Assembly (NCBI GenBank): GCA_965209085.1
Contig: OZ242376.1
Span: 320,001-384,000 of the forward strand
Reading direction: 5' to 3'
Source of the DNA: Nitrosopumilaceae archaeon
GTDB lineage: Archaea > Thermoproteota > Nitrososphaeria > Nitrososphaerales > Nitrosopumilaceae
DNA length: 64,000 bases
A program made the translations under genes and the position numbers. Within the stretch, counting starts at the first letter, position 1; every line of letters begins with the position of its first letter. This document shows, in pieces, positions 9,902 to 20,210 of the stretch. The notes below the pieces were generated by a model. It ran no database searches and was not told where the DNA came from. It saw only the letters and a list, made by a program, of their open reading frames with translations.

Positions 9902-11509
9902 TTGTTTGATTTGAGCAGGGAAGAGACCTTCATCTCTGGCAGTTATTTGGAACAGATAAGAAAACTGGGCATAAATCCGGGCAAACTGTACAAAAATCTC
10001 ACAGTGGAGGATCTGGTGTCACATTCTGTCTCAAACGGCGAGGGTAAACTTGTATCCACAGGTTCGTTGGCTGTCAAGACCGGCAAATACACGGGAAGAT
10101 CTCCTGATGACCGTTTTATCGTAAGGGACGAGCTTACAAAAGATACCGTAGACTGGGGAAAGATAAACCACCCGATAGCTCCGGATAAATTTGATGGAAT
10201 ATTTGAGAGATTAAAACAACATTTAGAGGGAAAAGACATGTACGTCTTTGACGGATTTGTCGGAGCGGATCCGGAAACCCGCCTGCCAATACGCGTAATA
10301 AACGACAGAGCCTGGCAAAATCTCTTTGGACGGCAGCTCTTCATACGTCCCACCGATGCAGAGGCTGCATCGCATGTGCCCGAATTCAATCTTGTATGTA
10401 TAAACGACTTTGAGGCAGTACCAGAAGAGGACGGAACAAACTCCAACGTATTCATAATGATAGATCTATCGCGCAAGCTGGTGCTCATCGGCGGAACAAA
10501 GTATGCCGGCGAGATGAAAAAATCAATGTTTAGTGTAATGAACTTTATCCTGCCGCAGCGCGGCATACTTCCGATGCACTGTTCTGCAAACGTGGGAGAA
10601 AACGGCCATACGGCATTATTTTACGGACTCTCCGGCACGGGCAAGACGACGCTCTCAGCAGATCCGGAACGCAAACTTGTCGGCGATGACGAGCATGGCT
10701 GGTCGGATTCGGGAATCTTTAATTTTGAAGGGGGATGCTATGCAAAATGCATCAATCTAAGCCAAGAGGCAGAACCGCAAATCTGGAACGCCATCAAAGG
10801 AGGAACCGTACTTGAAAACGTCGTAATCGATGCAGACGGCAAACCCGATTACGGGGACAATTCACTCACGGAAAACACGCGTGCGGCATACCCGCTTGAT
10901 TACATTCCCGGCGCCGTTATTCCCAGTACCGGCGGGCATCCTGAAACAATCGTCTTTTTGACAGCTGATGCGATGGGGGTGCTGCCGCCGCTTGCACGTC
11001 TCTCAAATGACGGTGCAATGTACCACTTTATGTCCGGATATACAAGCAAACTTGCCGGAACCGAACGGGGGATAAAGGAACCAAAGGCGGTATTTTCTGA
11101 ATGTTTTGGAGCCCCGTTCATGCCCCGCTCTGCGTCCGTTTACGCAAAGATGCTGGGCGAGAAGATACGCAAACACGGCACCTCAGTATACCTGATAAAC
11201 ACAGGCTGGTCTGGCGGATCGTACGGCGTGGGAAAACGCGTCAGCATAAAGTACAGCCGGGCCATGGTGACGGCTGCAATATCCGGAACGCTTGAAAACG
11301 TCCGGTATAGGCACGATGAGATCTTTAATTTGGATGTTCCAATAGAATGCCCCGGCGTGCCTTTTGAAATTTTGGATGCGAGCAGCACATGGCCTGATTT
11401 GAATTCATACCAGAGTACTGCAAGAAAACTGGCCGGCATGTTTGTTCAGAATTTTGAAAAATTCAGCGATGCATCGCCTGAGACGCTCGCCGCCGGTCCG
11501 AGCGCCTGA
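9902..11509 (+). CDS. pckA: Phosphoenolpyruvate carboxykinase (ATP)
   Basis: TGRSPDDRF, YAGEMKKS, MHCSAN, GLSGTGKTTLS, GDDEHGW, NFEGGCYAK; exact start uncertain. Confidence 0.97.
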   Translation: MFDLSREETFISGSYLEQIRKLGINPGKLYKNLTVEDLVSHSVSNGEGKLVSTGSLAVKTGKYTGRSPDDRFIVRDELTKDTVDWGKINHPIAPDKFDGIFERLKQHLEGKDMYVFDGFVGADPETRLPIRVINDRAWQNLFGRQLFIRPTDAEAASHVPEFNLVCINDFEAVPEEDGTNSNVFIMIDLSRKLVLIGGTKYAGEMKKSMFSVMNFILPQRGILPMHCSANVGENGHTALFYGLSGTGKTTLSADPERKLVGDDEHGWSDSGIFNFEGGCYAKCINLSQEAEPQIWNAIKGGTVLENVVIDADGKPDYGDNSLTENTRAAYPLDYIPGAVIPSTGGHPETIVFLTADAMGVLPPLARLSNDGAMYHFMSGYTSKLAGTERGIKEPKAVFSECFGAPFMPRSASVYAKMLGEKIRKHGTSVYLINTGWSGGSYGVGKRVSIKYSRAMVTAAISGTLENVRYRHDEIFNLDVPIECPGVPFEILDASSTWPDLNSYQSTARKLAGMFVQNFEKFSDASPETLAAGPSA

Positions 11510-13463
11510 CAATTTCATATACTGCATATACTGCTGCCAAAGTCAGCGCTGCAATTGCAATAACATCAAACGGTATTGCGGGAAAATTGCGCGCCACGCC
11601 GCCTGCGGATGCATCAGTATCTATTGTTGCATACGCCTCGTATGATCTTCCTGCAGAATCTATTACGGCACTAATCCAATACGTGCCGTTTTCTGGCACC
11701 TGTATGTATGCTGGCGAATCCGGCCTTGCAGTTACAGTATCAGACCATCCTACGGCCGGATTTTCCACTTTTATTCTTGCATACGACCAGTCATCGGGCC
11801 AGAGAATATCTGCACCAAGTGTACCATTTTTAATATCCACACCAATTGAACCGTTTGTTACAGTAACCATCATGGGGATTCCATAATTTACGGCTCCATC
11901 GTCTATCAAAATCCTGCCGTGGTATGTTGCAGGTTTTGAGGAATCAACCTCCACATCCACTTTGATAAAACCATCCCGCACTTTGAGTGCAGCCTTTGCA
12001 CCATCAGAAATTGTAACAGTTGCGCTTATTTTTTCCGGTCCATCACCAATCGGTTTTAGAAAAATGGTGCCTGTAACTGCAGGATTTGCAGGAGATCCGT
12101 GCAGCACAAGCTGGTGTGGATTTGGGGCGATGTTTGCAGCAAACGCCTGCGTTACGTTCAGCCTACCCCCGCCTTCTGCATGGTGGTCTGTACTGCCGGA
12201 TGCGTCAGCGGTGGTCGCAATTATGGATTTAATATCATACGGGGTAAGATTCGGATTTTTACTCATCAGGGCTATTGCAGCTCCGGTAACGTGCGGCGTT
12301 GCAAAACTTGTCCCGCTTGCTATGGAATATCCGCCGTCAATTGTGGTTGTATTGATGTACGCCCCTGGTGCCACAAGGTCAGGTTTTATGTAAAACGGCG
12401 AGATAGGACCTCTGGAGCTGAAATGGGTCACAGTATCTATGCCAAGAAGCGTTTCTAGATTGCCGGTCGCGTCTTCTTCAGCATGCTCTTTTATCTTCAG
12501 ACCATCCTCCCTTGATACGGAGACGATAAGTATGCTCGAAGTATGCTTTACACCGGTTATGTTGTGGTTAAGATCTCCTAAAAATATCCCATCCACGTTG
12601 TTGTATACTATAATGGCCACCGCACCGGCATTTGCAGCAGCAGTCTCTTTTTCGGTAAAATACACCAACTGCTCGGCAATGTCGCTTCCACGTTCTGCTA
12701 TGATAATTGTGCCGTTGTATCCGCCGCCTTGCAGATCCGATTCCCTTGCATATCCGCCGTATGCTAATCTGGCCTCTATTGCCTCCTCTAAAGAAATTGT
12801 GCCGAACATGGGGGCAGCGTCGTAATATTCTCCGTTTACCCTAAGCGATGCCACCGTGCTGGAGGATATGTTGTTGTATGATGCGCCCACCGTAATGGAA
12901 TTAAAATTTATTCCTGGGCTTCCTATGCTGGATTCCTTTGGCCCATCATTGCCTGCAGCCGTAATTACTAAAACGCCAGCTGCCGTTGCGCGGGTTATCG
13001 CCGCATCTATATTTGGATTTGTTCTGTTTATCCCAAGACTGATGTTTACAACGTCCGCTCCGTCGGCCACGGCTTTTTCTATCGCACTGACAATTCTCTC
13101 ATCGGAAATTCCAATACCATCCTCTGATATTTTATACGAGATTACCTTTACGCCAGGAACTATGCCCTGCAGGCTTCCGTTGGCTGCGATAATGCCAAGA
13201 ACCTGCGTTCCGTGCCCGTCAACATCATCTGAAAAGTTTTTTCCAATATTTATAAAATCAGGATGTGTAAAATCAACTCCCGTATCTATAATGGCCACCG
13301 TAATTCCTGCACCATCGTATCCTGTTTTGGCTGGAAGATCCGCTCCAACGTACGGAATACTTGCATCCATGAGCGGTCCGCCGGCATACTGGGCCATTGC
13401 CTGACTTGGCATCAAAACTGCAAATGCACACAATACAAAAACTGCAAACACCCTGACAGTCAT
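11463..13463 (-). CDS. S8 subtilisin-family serine peptidase with PA domain, signal peptide and C-terminal TM anchor
   Basis: Catalytic motifs IIDTG, HGTQV, GTSFATPHV and oxyanion AAGN; PA insert AGAVAIIVYN; hydrophobic termini. Confidence 0.93.
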   Translation of the reverse strand: MTVRVFAVFVLCAFAVLMPSQAMAQYAGGPLMDASIPYVGADLPAKTGYDGAGITVAIIDTGVDFTHPDFINIGKNFSDDVDGHGTQVLGIIAANGSLQGIVPGVKVISYKISEDGIGISDERIVSAIEKAVADGADVVNISLGINRTNPNIDAAITRATAAGVLVITAAGNDGPKESSIGSPGINFNSITVGASYNNISSSTVASLRVNGEYYDAAPMFGTISLEEAIEARLAYGGYARESDLQGGGYNGTIIIAERGSDIAEQLVYFTEKETAAANAGAVAIIVYNNVDGIFLGDLNHNITGVKHTSSILIVSVSREDGLKIKEHAEEDATGNLETLLGIDTVTHFSSRGPISPFYIKPDLVAPGAYINTTTIDGGYSIASGTSFATPHVTGAAIALMSKNPNLTPYDIKSIIATTADASGSTDHHAEGGGRLNVTQAFAANIAPNPHQLVLHGSPANPAVTGTIFLKPIGDGPEKISATVTISDGAKAALKVRDGFIKVDVEVDSSKPATYHGRILIDDGAVNYGIPMMVTVTNGSIGVDIKNGTLGADILWPDDWSYARIKVENPAVGWSDTVTARPDSPAYIQVPENGTYWISAVIDSAGRSYEAYATIDTDASAGGVARNFPAIPFDVIAIAALTLAAVYAVYEIVRRSDRRRASQAMHR

Positions 13464-13549
13464 ACGGATATAAAATCCGCTCTAGGTAAAAACCGTATAT
13501 GCTATATCGCGATAGTTATTTAATGGATGACTGGGCGCCTCACATACGT

Positions 13550-13672
13550 CCCAAGCTAGCTCAGCCTGGTAGAGCTTCCGGCTGTAGTTGTCGGCTGAGG
13601 CTGACCGAATAACAGCATATCAGGCATACAGACACCGGGTTGTCGCAGGCTCAAATCCTGCGCTTGGGACCA
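13550..13672 (+). tRNA. tRNA-Tyr(GTA) with 46-nt intron (13588-13633) at 37/38, CCA encoded
   Basis: CCCAAGC/GCTTGGG acceptor (C1-G72), A73, anticodon arm TCCGG-CTGTAG|A-CCGGG. Confidence 0.92.
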
Positions 13673-14328
13673 CATTTTCATTTGTACTAATACATCATCA
13701 TATGTGAGTAATATTGCCGCACTGAATGTGTTCATGCATGAATAATTTTAACATCCATTTACATACGGTCTTACCGAAATGTGTATTAACAGCCAATTCC
13801 ATATGTAATGATCTTGTTGGATCAATATAACGACCTGGAAAAATGACATTATGATGGTCCACGATTAAAACCAGAACTTTATGCATACAACTGGCAGTAT
13901 GGGAAAAAAATATGTGTAAATTGTTCAAAAGAAACGCAAAAAATACAATTGTCACAAGGTAAACAGATTTGTTGACAGAATACAAGAAACACATTGTAGT
14001 AAACTGATTAAATCTAGAACGAGAAATAATAAACGTATTATTGAAGATTTTTTACACTTACATCAATCCTGTAATGGAATTTAGCGACTCTGAAAGTCCT
14101 ATTCTATTTGGAATATAATTGTTGAAATATGTCTGCTTGATTATGTGTTTTCTTGCAAGTTTGTTTTCTAAAATTTGATTTTTAATACTAGATGAAATCA
14201 CAATAGGCGAGAACATCGATAGTGGTAAATGTGCTAGTTTTATGCACTTTAAAAAATATGCATATTTTACTCTTATGAATCCCAATTTAGTAAGAAAAGT
14301 TTTAATGTGCAAACAACATAATATGCAT

Positions 14329-15618
14329 ATGTCAAATTATAAATTTTTTATCATTTTTCTAATGACTGCATCCATAATAATTATGACCGGTATTTCATAC
14401 GCGCAATTTTCAGAGCAAATTCCTAGTCCAAAAAAACAGATTGACAACGACGTGGCACCATATGATGTAGTTTGCAGAAATGATTTATTACTTGTAGAAA
14501 GGTCTATTGATAACATTGCATGTGTGTCTGAAAACACAGCACAAATATTTAATTGGCATATCATAGATCCATCTTCAAATACAACTACAAAGGATTCTGA
14601 ACCGTCATCTGAAGAATTTTACAGTGATGGACCACATACTCTTGCTGAAGCATTATTTGAACAATCATTCAAACACAGGCAGGATACTTCTCCTAGCATA
14701 TTTACACCTTCTTTGCCCGTGGCATATCCTAGCATATTTACACCTTGGCCCGTAGCATATCCAAATGGATCATTTTCCAATCTTGCATATGTTGATGCAA
14801 TATTCCCACAATCTGTATCTGTTGGAGATGCATTCACTATAGAATATTCATGGTCAACAAATGGTCTAATCCCAATTGTTCGTGATCTCACATCTATGAA
14901 AAAAGATCTGAAAAATTTTAATCATAGTATGATGAAATCTATGACAGAACGTGAAAAACTTAATGTTAGTATTATAACATCAGATGTAGAATTTATCAAT
15001 CCCAAAGTACCTCGTAGTACTTACTGTGATACTGATTATTTACACACGTATATTCTATATGATTCAGATAATATTGAAGATAGATCTGGAAATGTTACCG
15101 TAAAATTTAAAAATATTTTTAACTCAACTGAATATAAACCCGCAATTCTTATTGGATTTCTAGATCATACTTTTATTGAAATACACGCATCATCTGATAA
15201 AGATGGAATGATAAATCTTAAAAGATCGACAGAACCTAGACCTGAATTTAAATTTACATATGACTGTGATGGTATGGATTCACTTCCCACTTCTAATACG
15301 TCAAATCCGCCTGTAGTGGAAAATTCAATTATTTCTGAAATACCTGACTGTATACACGAACAGTCATGGGGATATCTGTACGAGGATGAAAAAATAACAA
15401 TACTCGAAAATCCCACTACGTGTCAAATGATAAATGGTACCCACATAACAAATTTACCCGATGGTTGGAACAGAATACAAAAGCCAGATTTTGATACTAT
15501 GATACAAATAATGGATGATCTGTCAATGAATACTCCTGAGGAGTTACTAGAATTTGGAAATATTTCTGGAAATTGGACTGATGATTTTATTTCATATTAT
15601 TACAATATTTCAAAATAG
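14329..15618 (+). CDS. Secreted hypothetical protein with thaumarchaeal N-terminal SPxxQ...C...AC module
   Basis: Signal peptide then PSPKKQIDNDVAPYDVVCRNDLLLVERSIDNIACVS; markedly AT-rich. Confidence 0.8.
   Translation: MSNYKFFIIFLMTASIIIMTGISYAQFSEQIPSPKKQIDNDVAPYDVVCRNDLLLVERSIDNIACVSENTAQIFNWHIIDPSSNTTTKDSEPSSEEFYSDGPHTLAEALFEQSFKHRQDTSPSIFTPSLPVAYPSIFTPWPVAYPNGSFSNLAYVDAIFPQSVSVGDAFTIEYSWSTNGLIPIVRDLTSMKKDLKNFNHSMMKSMTEREKLNVSIITSDVEFINPKVPRSTYCDTDYLHTYILYDSDNIEDRSGNVTVKFKNIFNSTEYKPAILIGFLDHTFIEIHASSDKDGMINLKRSTEPRPEFKFTYDCDGMDSLPTSNTSNPPVVENSIISEIPDCIHEQSWGYLYEDEKITILENPTTCQMINGTHITNLPDGWNRIQKPDFDTMIQIMDDLSMNTPEELLEFGNISGNWTDDFISYYYNISK
14691..14759 (+). repeat. Imperfect in-frame tandem duplication (36 + 33 bp)
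   Basis: tcctagcatatttacacctt...gcccgt.gcata twice; encodes PSIFTPSLPVAY / PSIFTPWPVAY. Confidence 0.9.
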
Positions 15619-15772
15619 TCATATGATTTTTTTTATCCGTTAAATATTGACATAATACCGACTGTAATGGCACAAACCTCAAACACTATAATCGCGATGC
15701 CAAAAACATAACTGTATCTTGATATTTACATATAATACTGAAAATTAGGGTGATTTTGAACCTAAAAACGGT

Positions 15773-16825
15773 CTATGGATTTATGACCGCACGGCCAAGA
15801 ATCTTTCTGTCTTTTAGATCGTTGAGCGCCGTATTTGCATCATCAAGGGAATATCTCTTGGATATGATTGGACTGATTGAGCCTTTTTTTGCAAGCTCTA
15901 CAAGCTCTTTCATGTCATCAAAGTTTCCAGTATACGCACCCTGTATGGTTATGGATTTTAGCGGTATCGTGACAAGTGAAATATCCAGCGAGCCTCCAAA
16001 GAGTCCGACAAGAACCAGGTTTCCCCTTTTGCGCAGAACGGACAGGCCCATCTTTGCGGTGGGCGGAGCGTTTACAAAATCAATGACGCTCTCAGCTCCC
16101 AATCCTCCGCACGTTTTTATTATTTTCTCTGCGGTTTCAGATTCTTTTGAATTGAAAACATAATCTGCTCCTTTTGATTTTGCAACATCAAGTTTCTTAT
16201 CGTCCAAATCCACACAGATTATCTTTGCACCGGTTACAGCCTTTGCCACCTGCACTCCCATCAAACCAAGACCGCCTGCGCCTATGATTACAATGTAATG
16301 GGGAGAGTTTGCATTTGCTTTTTTTATCGCAGTATATGCGGTAAGCCCAGAGCATGCAAGCGAGGTTGCCTCTTCCGGATTCATTCCCTCTATGTTGACA
16401 AGATATTTTGGATGCGGAACCATCACTTCCTGTGCGTACCCGCCGTCGCAGAACACTCCGATGGATTTTGGCGTATCGCATAAATTTTCATTTCCTGCAG
16501 AGCATCCAGGACAGCTGCCGCATCCGACCCACGGATATACAAGCACCAAATCGCCTTTTGAGACGCCCTGTGAGTCCGGACCCGTTTCCTGTACGGTTCC
16601 AGTAATCTCATGGCCAGGTGTAACGGGGTATTTTACGCCGCGGTCTGTAACTTTCATAAACTGTCCGTCTCCCATGTCGTATCCTCCTTCCAACAAATGC
16701 AGGTCGCTGTGGCATACTCCGACAGATTTTACGCGGATTATCACTTCGGTACCGGTAGGCTTTAGATCCTCAACTTGTGCAATCTCCAAAGGCTGTTCTG
16801 ATCCGATTATACGCGCCGTCTTCAC
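15773..16825 (-). CDS. Zn-dependent alcohol dehydrogenase (MDR family)
   Basis: GVCHSDLH, PGHE, CGSCPGCSAGNENLC structural Zn site, GAGGLG. Confidence 0.95.
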   Translation of the reverse strand: MKTARIIGSEQPLEIAQVEDLKPTGTEVIIRVKSVGVCHSDLHLLEGGYDMGDGQFMKVTDRGVKYPVTPGHEITGTVQETGPDSQGVSKGDLVLVYPWVGCGSCPGCSAGNENLCDTPKSIGVFCDGGYAQEVMVPHPKYLVNIEGMNPEEATSLACSGLTAYTAIKKANANSPHYIVIIGAGGLGLMGVQVAKAVTGAKIICVDLDDKKLDVAKSKGADYVFNSKESETAEKIIKTCGGLGAESVIDFVNAPPTAKMGLSVLRKRGNLVLVGLFGGSLDISLVTIPLKSITIQGAYTGNFDDMKELVELAKKGSISPIISKRYSLDDANTALNDLKDRKILGRAVINP

Positions 16826-16915
16826 GCGCAACAGCCGAATGATAACAATATAAGTCAATTCTGGCATATTATACGATCATTTCACTAAAATTATACGGCA
16901 TACTGTACATGCAGC

Positions 16916-18286
16916 ATGAATGATTTCATGACGTCTGTATTTCCCCATGCGTACGCCAAAATATACAACGGAATGCTTCAGCACAACGGGGCCACGTTTG
17001 TATCAAAATACGTAGCAAATCTCAAAGACGGGGCAACTCCGGACAAGTTTATCGAAGGGCATGCAACCCAGCGTCCAAGCGATCAGGTATATGATGCGTT
17101 AAAACAAGTATACGAAATTTGGCAGGCAGGATACCTGCACCTGCTCTCACACCTGAAAAATGATTCCGGATCGTTTACGATGCGCAATATGCGTGCGGTG
17201 GTTTTACAGATTGACGAGAACGAGAGATGGAAAAAAATGTACGATGTGGAAGGAACGCAGTTTGATCTTTTACTTGCGGTACCTTTGCTGTCAAGAATCG
17301 TATCGGTCAGCACTTCAAAGATTGGAAAGGGGGTGAAAAACGCGCCAAAACCATTTGATGTATTGAATATCAACATGTATGGATTTTATGGCGGATTTAA
17401 CAAACTGCACGGAACATCGCACCGAAGCATCTCAGCTGTGAAACAGGCGGATGTGGAAAAAACAGAAACGTTTGACTCTGTAAAGTTTGCATTCCGTACA
17501 ATCGGTGATGCAAAAATGCTTGCAGGCTGCTCCAATATGGGATTGTTCGCACTGCATATGTTAAATGAGAGGCTGATACTTGGATTAAATTTTTTATGCA
17601 TCTGTAAAATTTCACACGCTGAATCATCCTCGGCAACAATGTATGCACCCGCAGGTTCTGCAGAATTTCTACTAAGCGACGAATCCGATAGCGTACGGGC
17701 CATTATGAGCCCCGAAGCGCTGAAATTATCCGCCAAACTGGCCGGCACTCCTGAGAAATTGGGAATGTGCAGTGGCAGCATCCGTGATGAAAAATTGGAA
17801 AAATTCAAAGATTTGGAGAATATTGAAGGATATTTTGTATTCTTGTGCAGCTGGTCCATGGGCTCAAACATGCCAGTGATAATGTGTGCAATGCCGCTTG
17901 GAGAGAATCTGCCGTACAGGCGATTGTACGTGGAAGCTCTGATGAACACTAGGCGAAAACTGGGACCTGATGATCTAAACTATCTGGCAGGCGTGGATAC
18001 TGCCAAAATAGTGCAGGAGAGCGAACATTTGGCTGCGGACAGATCCGGCAGGTGGGTCTATTACAAGGATCCCAAATGGGACGGGGATGCACTCTCTTTT
18101 CTTGCAGCAAGGGATTTTAAAAAACCAAAACTTTCCGAAGTGTTTAAATCCGGACTGTCAAGGGCTGCCCTGAATGAATGCTACAGCATGACTGATGCAT
18201 ATTTTAGATGCAATGCGTTTGTCAAAAATCTGTACTGTTCAGACGATCCAAAGGCCGATCTTGCATTATTGTACCCAAAGATTTAG
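16916..18286 (+). CDS. Hypothetical protein, no recognised family
   Basis: Uninterrupted 456-aa ORF. Confidence 0.8.
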   Translation: MNDFMTSVFPHAYAKIYNGMLQHNGATFVSKYVANLKDGATPDKFIEGHATQRPSDQVYDALKQVYEIWQAGYLHLLSHLKNDSGSFTMRNMRAVVLQIDENERWKKMYDVEGTQFDLLLAVPLLSRIVSVSTSKIGKGVKNAPKPFDVLNINMYGFYGGFNKLHGTSHRSISAVKQADVEKTETFDSVKFAFRTIGDAKMLAGCSNMGLFALHMLNERLILGLNFLCICKISHAESSSATMYAPAGSAEFLLSDESDSVRAIMSPEALKLSAKLAGTPEKLGMCSGSIRDEKLEKFKDLENIEGYFVFLCSWSMGSNMPVIMCAMPLGENLPYRRLYVEALMNTRRKLGPDDLNYLAGVDTAKIVQESEHLAADRSGRWVYYKDPKWDGDALSFLAARDFKKPKLSEVFKSGLSRAALNECYSMTDAYFRCNAFVKNLYCSDDPKADLALLYPKI

Positions 18287-18376
18287 CATAATGCGATCTT
18301 GTGTGGTAAATCTATTGACCATGTGTGAAATAAAATCAAATCCGACACACAATTAACTTGCGGTGCAGTATGAGAT

Positions 18377-19069
18377 ATGATGAGTGCGGAGGAAAAAAAC
18401 GAGGATCCAAAGACGATCTCAGAAGATCCTGTAAACGTGCTGTTCAATACATCGTCGATCGCAAAAAAAGACATATGGGACATAGACATTGTCGGAATTT
18501 TGGAAATGTTGACGCGCATACTTGAAAAATCAGGAAAAAAAGATCTGCGCGTGGCCGGTATGGCAGCACTCTCCTCGTCTCTGATATACCGCATGAAGGT
18601 GGAGAGCATATTTGCGCTGCACCGTGCGGCAATGGAAAAGAAATCATCGCGCGTAAGAACCGACGTGGATATTCCGCTTCTTGGAATTCCGTACAGGCAC
18701 GAGCCGACGTATCCTGTCACACTTGATGAGCTTTTGGGACTGCTGCAAAACCTGATAGGGTCCATGGCAAATCCAAGGGAGAGGCGCCTAAAGTTTGACC
18801 CCATACAAGAGCAGCCAAAATTCGAGGATTTTTTTACAAATACTGAAAAAATAATTGCCAAATATGAGGATCTACTCATGGAAAAACTCCACCTGTCTAG
18901 CAGCATACTGCTGAGCGAGATTACCCTCTCACTTGAGCCAATCGACGGCGTCAGGTGCTTTTTTGCCGCATTGTTTTTGGCCAGGGATCAAAAAGTGGAT
19001 TTGGAGCAGACAGGCGAGGATATACGCATTACATTGTCAAAGACACCGAATAAATCAGATTCAGCCTGA
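18377..19069 (+). CDS. scpA: Segregation/condensation protein A (kleisin)
   Basis: DIWDIDIV, DLRVAGMAAL..LIYRMK, PVTLDELL, FFAALFLA..QKVDLEQ. Confidence 0.85.
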   Translation: MMSAEEKNEDPKTISEDPVNVLFNTSSIAKKDIWDIDIVGILEMLTRILEKSGKKDLRVAGMAALSSSLIYRMKVESIFALHRAAMEKKSSRVRTDVDIPLLGIPYRHEPTYPVTLDELLGLLQNLIGSMANPRERRLKFDPIQEQPKFEDFFTNTEKIIAKYEDLLMEKLHLSSSILLSEITLSLEPIDGVRCFFAALFLARDQKVDLEQTGEDIRITLSKTPNKSDSA

Positions 19070-20191
19070 ATTGCCCATCGGAATTTCCCTGTACTCTAGT
19101 TTGTCTTTTTCAAGGGATTCTTTTAGATCGTCGGGAATGGATGGGGCAATCAGCATAAATCTGGAAAACTCTCCTGTCTTGTGTTCATAATCGGATTTGT
19201 ATCCGGCAAGCTGGCGTTTGTCTTTTTTTGACGCAGACGGATATTTTAATTCAATTCCCACGTGGGTTCCGTTTACATCGGTGCATAAAAGATCAAGTCT
19301 TCCGGTGTCAAGTGAATATTCTGTCGTCTTTAACAAAATCCCTTCTTCAATCAGCCAGACGTTGTTTTTTATATAATCCTGATAATCTTTTTCTTTTATT
19401 ACCGATCCGCCAAGCCTGTTCTGTAGCCAGTCCGGATTGTCAACATAGCTGAATATCCACTCCCATTCGGGATTTACATAATATGCGGAGATTTCTTTTT
19501 TGGTTGCGATTCCGGCACCGTCCAATTTTTTTAAAAATTCCTTGCAGGGTCCGATTGGTATGCCCGATGATACGATGAGATCAGCTTCAGCGTCCGGTGC
19601 AAGGCCGCCCCTTAGCAGTTTTATCAGCTGGCACTGCCAGTTTATCACGCGGGTCTGCGTGCTGTCAAATATGGCCGCAAGCGATTTCATCCTCTCAGCT
19701 GATTCATCGGATCCTATGATCTTTTCGAGTCTGCCCTTTAGGGAATCAAATTCGTCCCTTGTAACGCTCTTGTTTTTTATGTGACTGTCTGCGAATTTTT
19801 CAATTTCAGCTGACGCCATGCTTATCATCTCGGTCCTTGCCAGATTGAGATCTTCGACCGTATCCCGGCTTAATTTGGAAATTCTCTCCTCCATATTGTC
19901 CCTAAGGGCGGTAAAATCACCACAGAGTTTTGATACATCCTCCCTTACGATTCCAACTTCGGTGCTGCGGGGTATGGCATCCCTAAATTTTTCAAGATCC
20001 GTTGATACGTCCTGGAAATCTTTCTGCAGCCTCTCAACTTCGAATTTTATCTTTGGATCCGCCTTTACGTTCTTTTTTACGGAACGAATCTGTGCTGCGG
20101 CAACTCCTGCCGATATTATGACTGCAACAATTACAGCAGCGCCCAGCATTACCGTGTTGTCCTGAATCTGTAAAATGGCAGGATCAAACAT
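19061..20191 (-). CDS. Membrane-anchored coiled-coil protein with C-terminal NucS/EndoMS-like PD-(D/E)XK domain
   Basis: N-terminal TM helix; EKDYQDYI..EY..TGRLDLL..GIELK..RQLAGY. Confidence 0.8.
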   Translation of the reverse strand: MFDPAILQIQDNTVMLGAAVIVAVIISAGVAAAQIRSVKKNVKADPKIKFEVERLQKDFQDVSTDLEKFRDAIPRSTEVGIVREDVSKLCGDFTALRDNMEERISKLSRDTVEDLNLARTEMISMASAEIEKFADSHIKNKSVTRDEFDSLKGRLEKIIGSDESAERMKSLAAIFDSTQTRVINWQCQLIKLLRGGLAPDAEADLIVSSGIPIGPCKEFLKKLDGAGIATKKEISAYYVNPEWEWIFSYVDNPDWLQNRLGGSVIKEKDYQDYIKNNVWLIEEGILLKTTEYSLDTGRLDLLCTDVNGTHVGIELKYPSASKKDKRQLAGYKSDYEHKTGEFSRFMLIAPSIPDDLKESLEKDKLEYREIPMGNSG

Positions 20192-20210
20192 CGCATATGC
20201 ATGTGCAATC

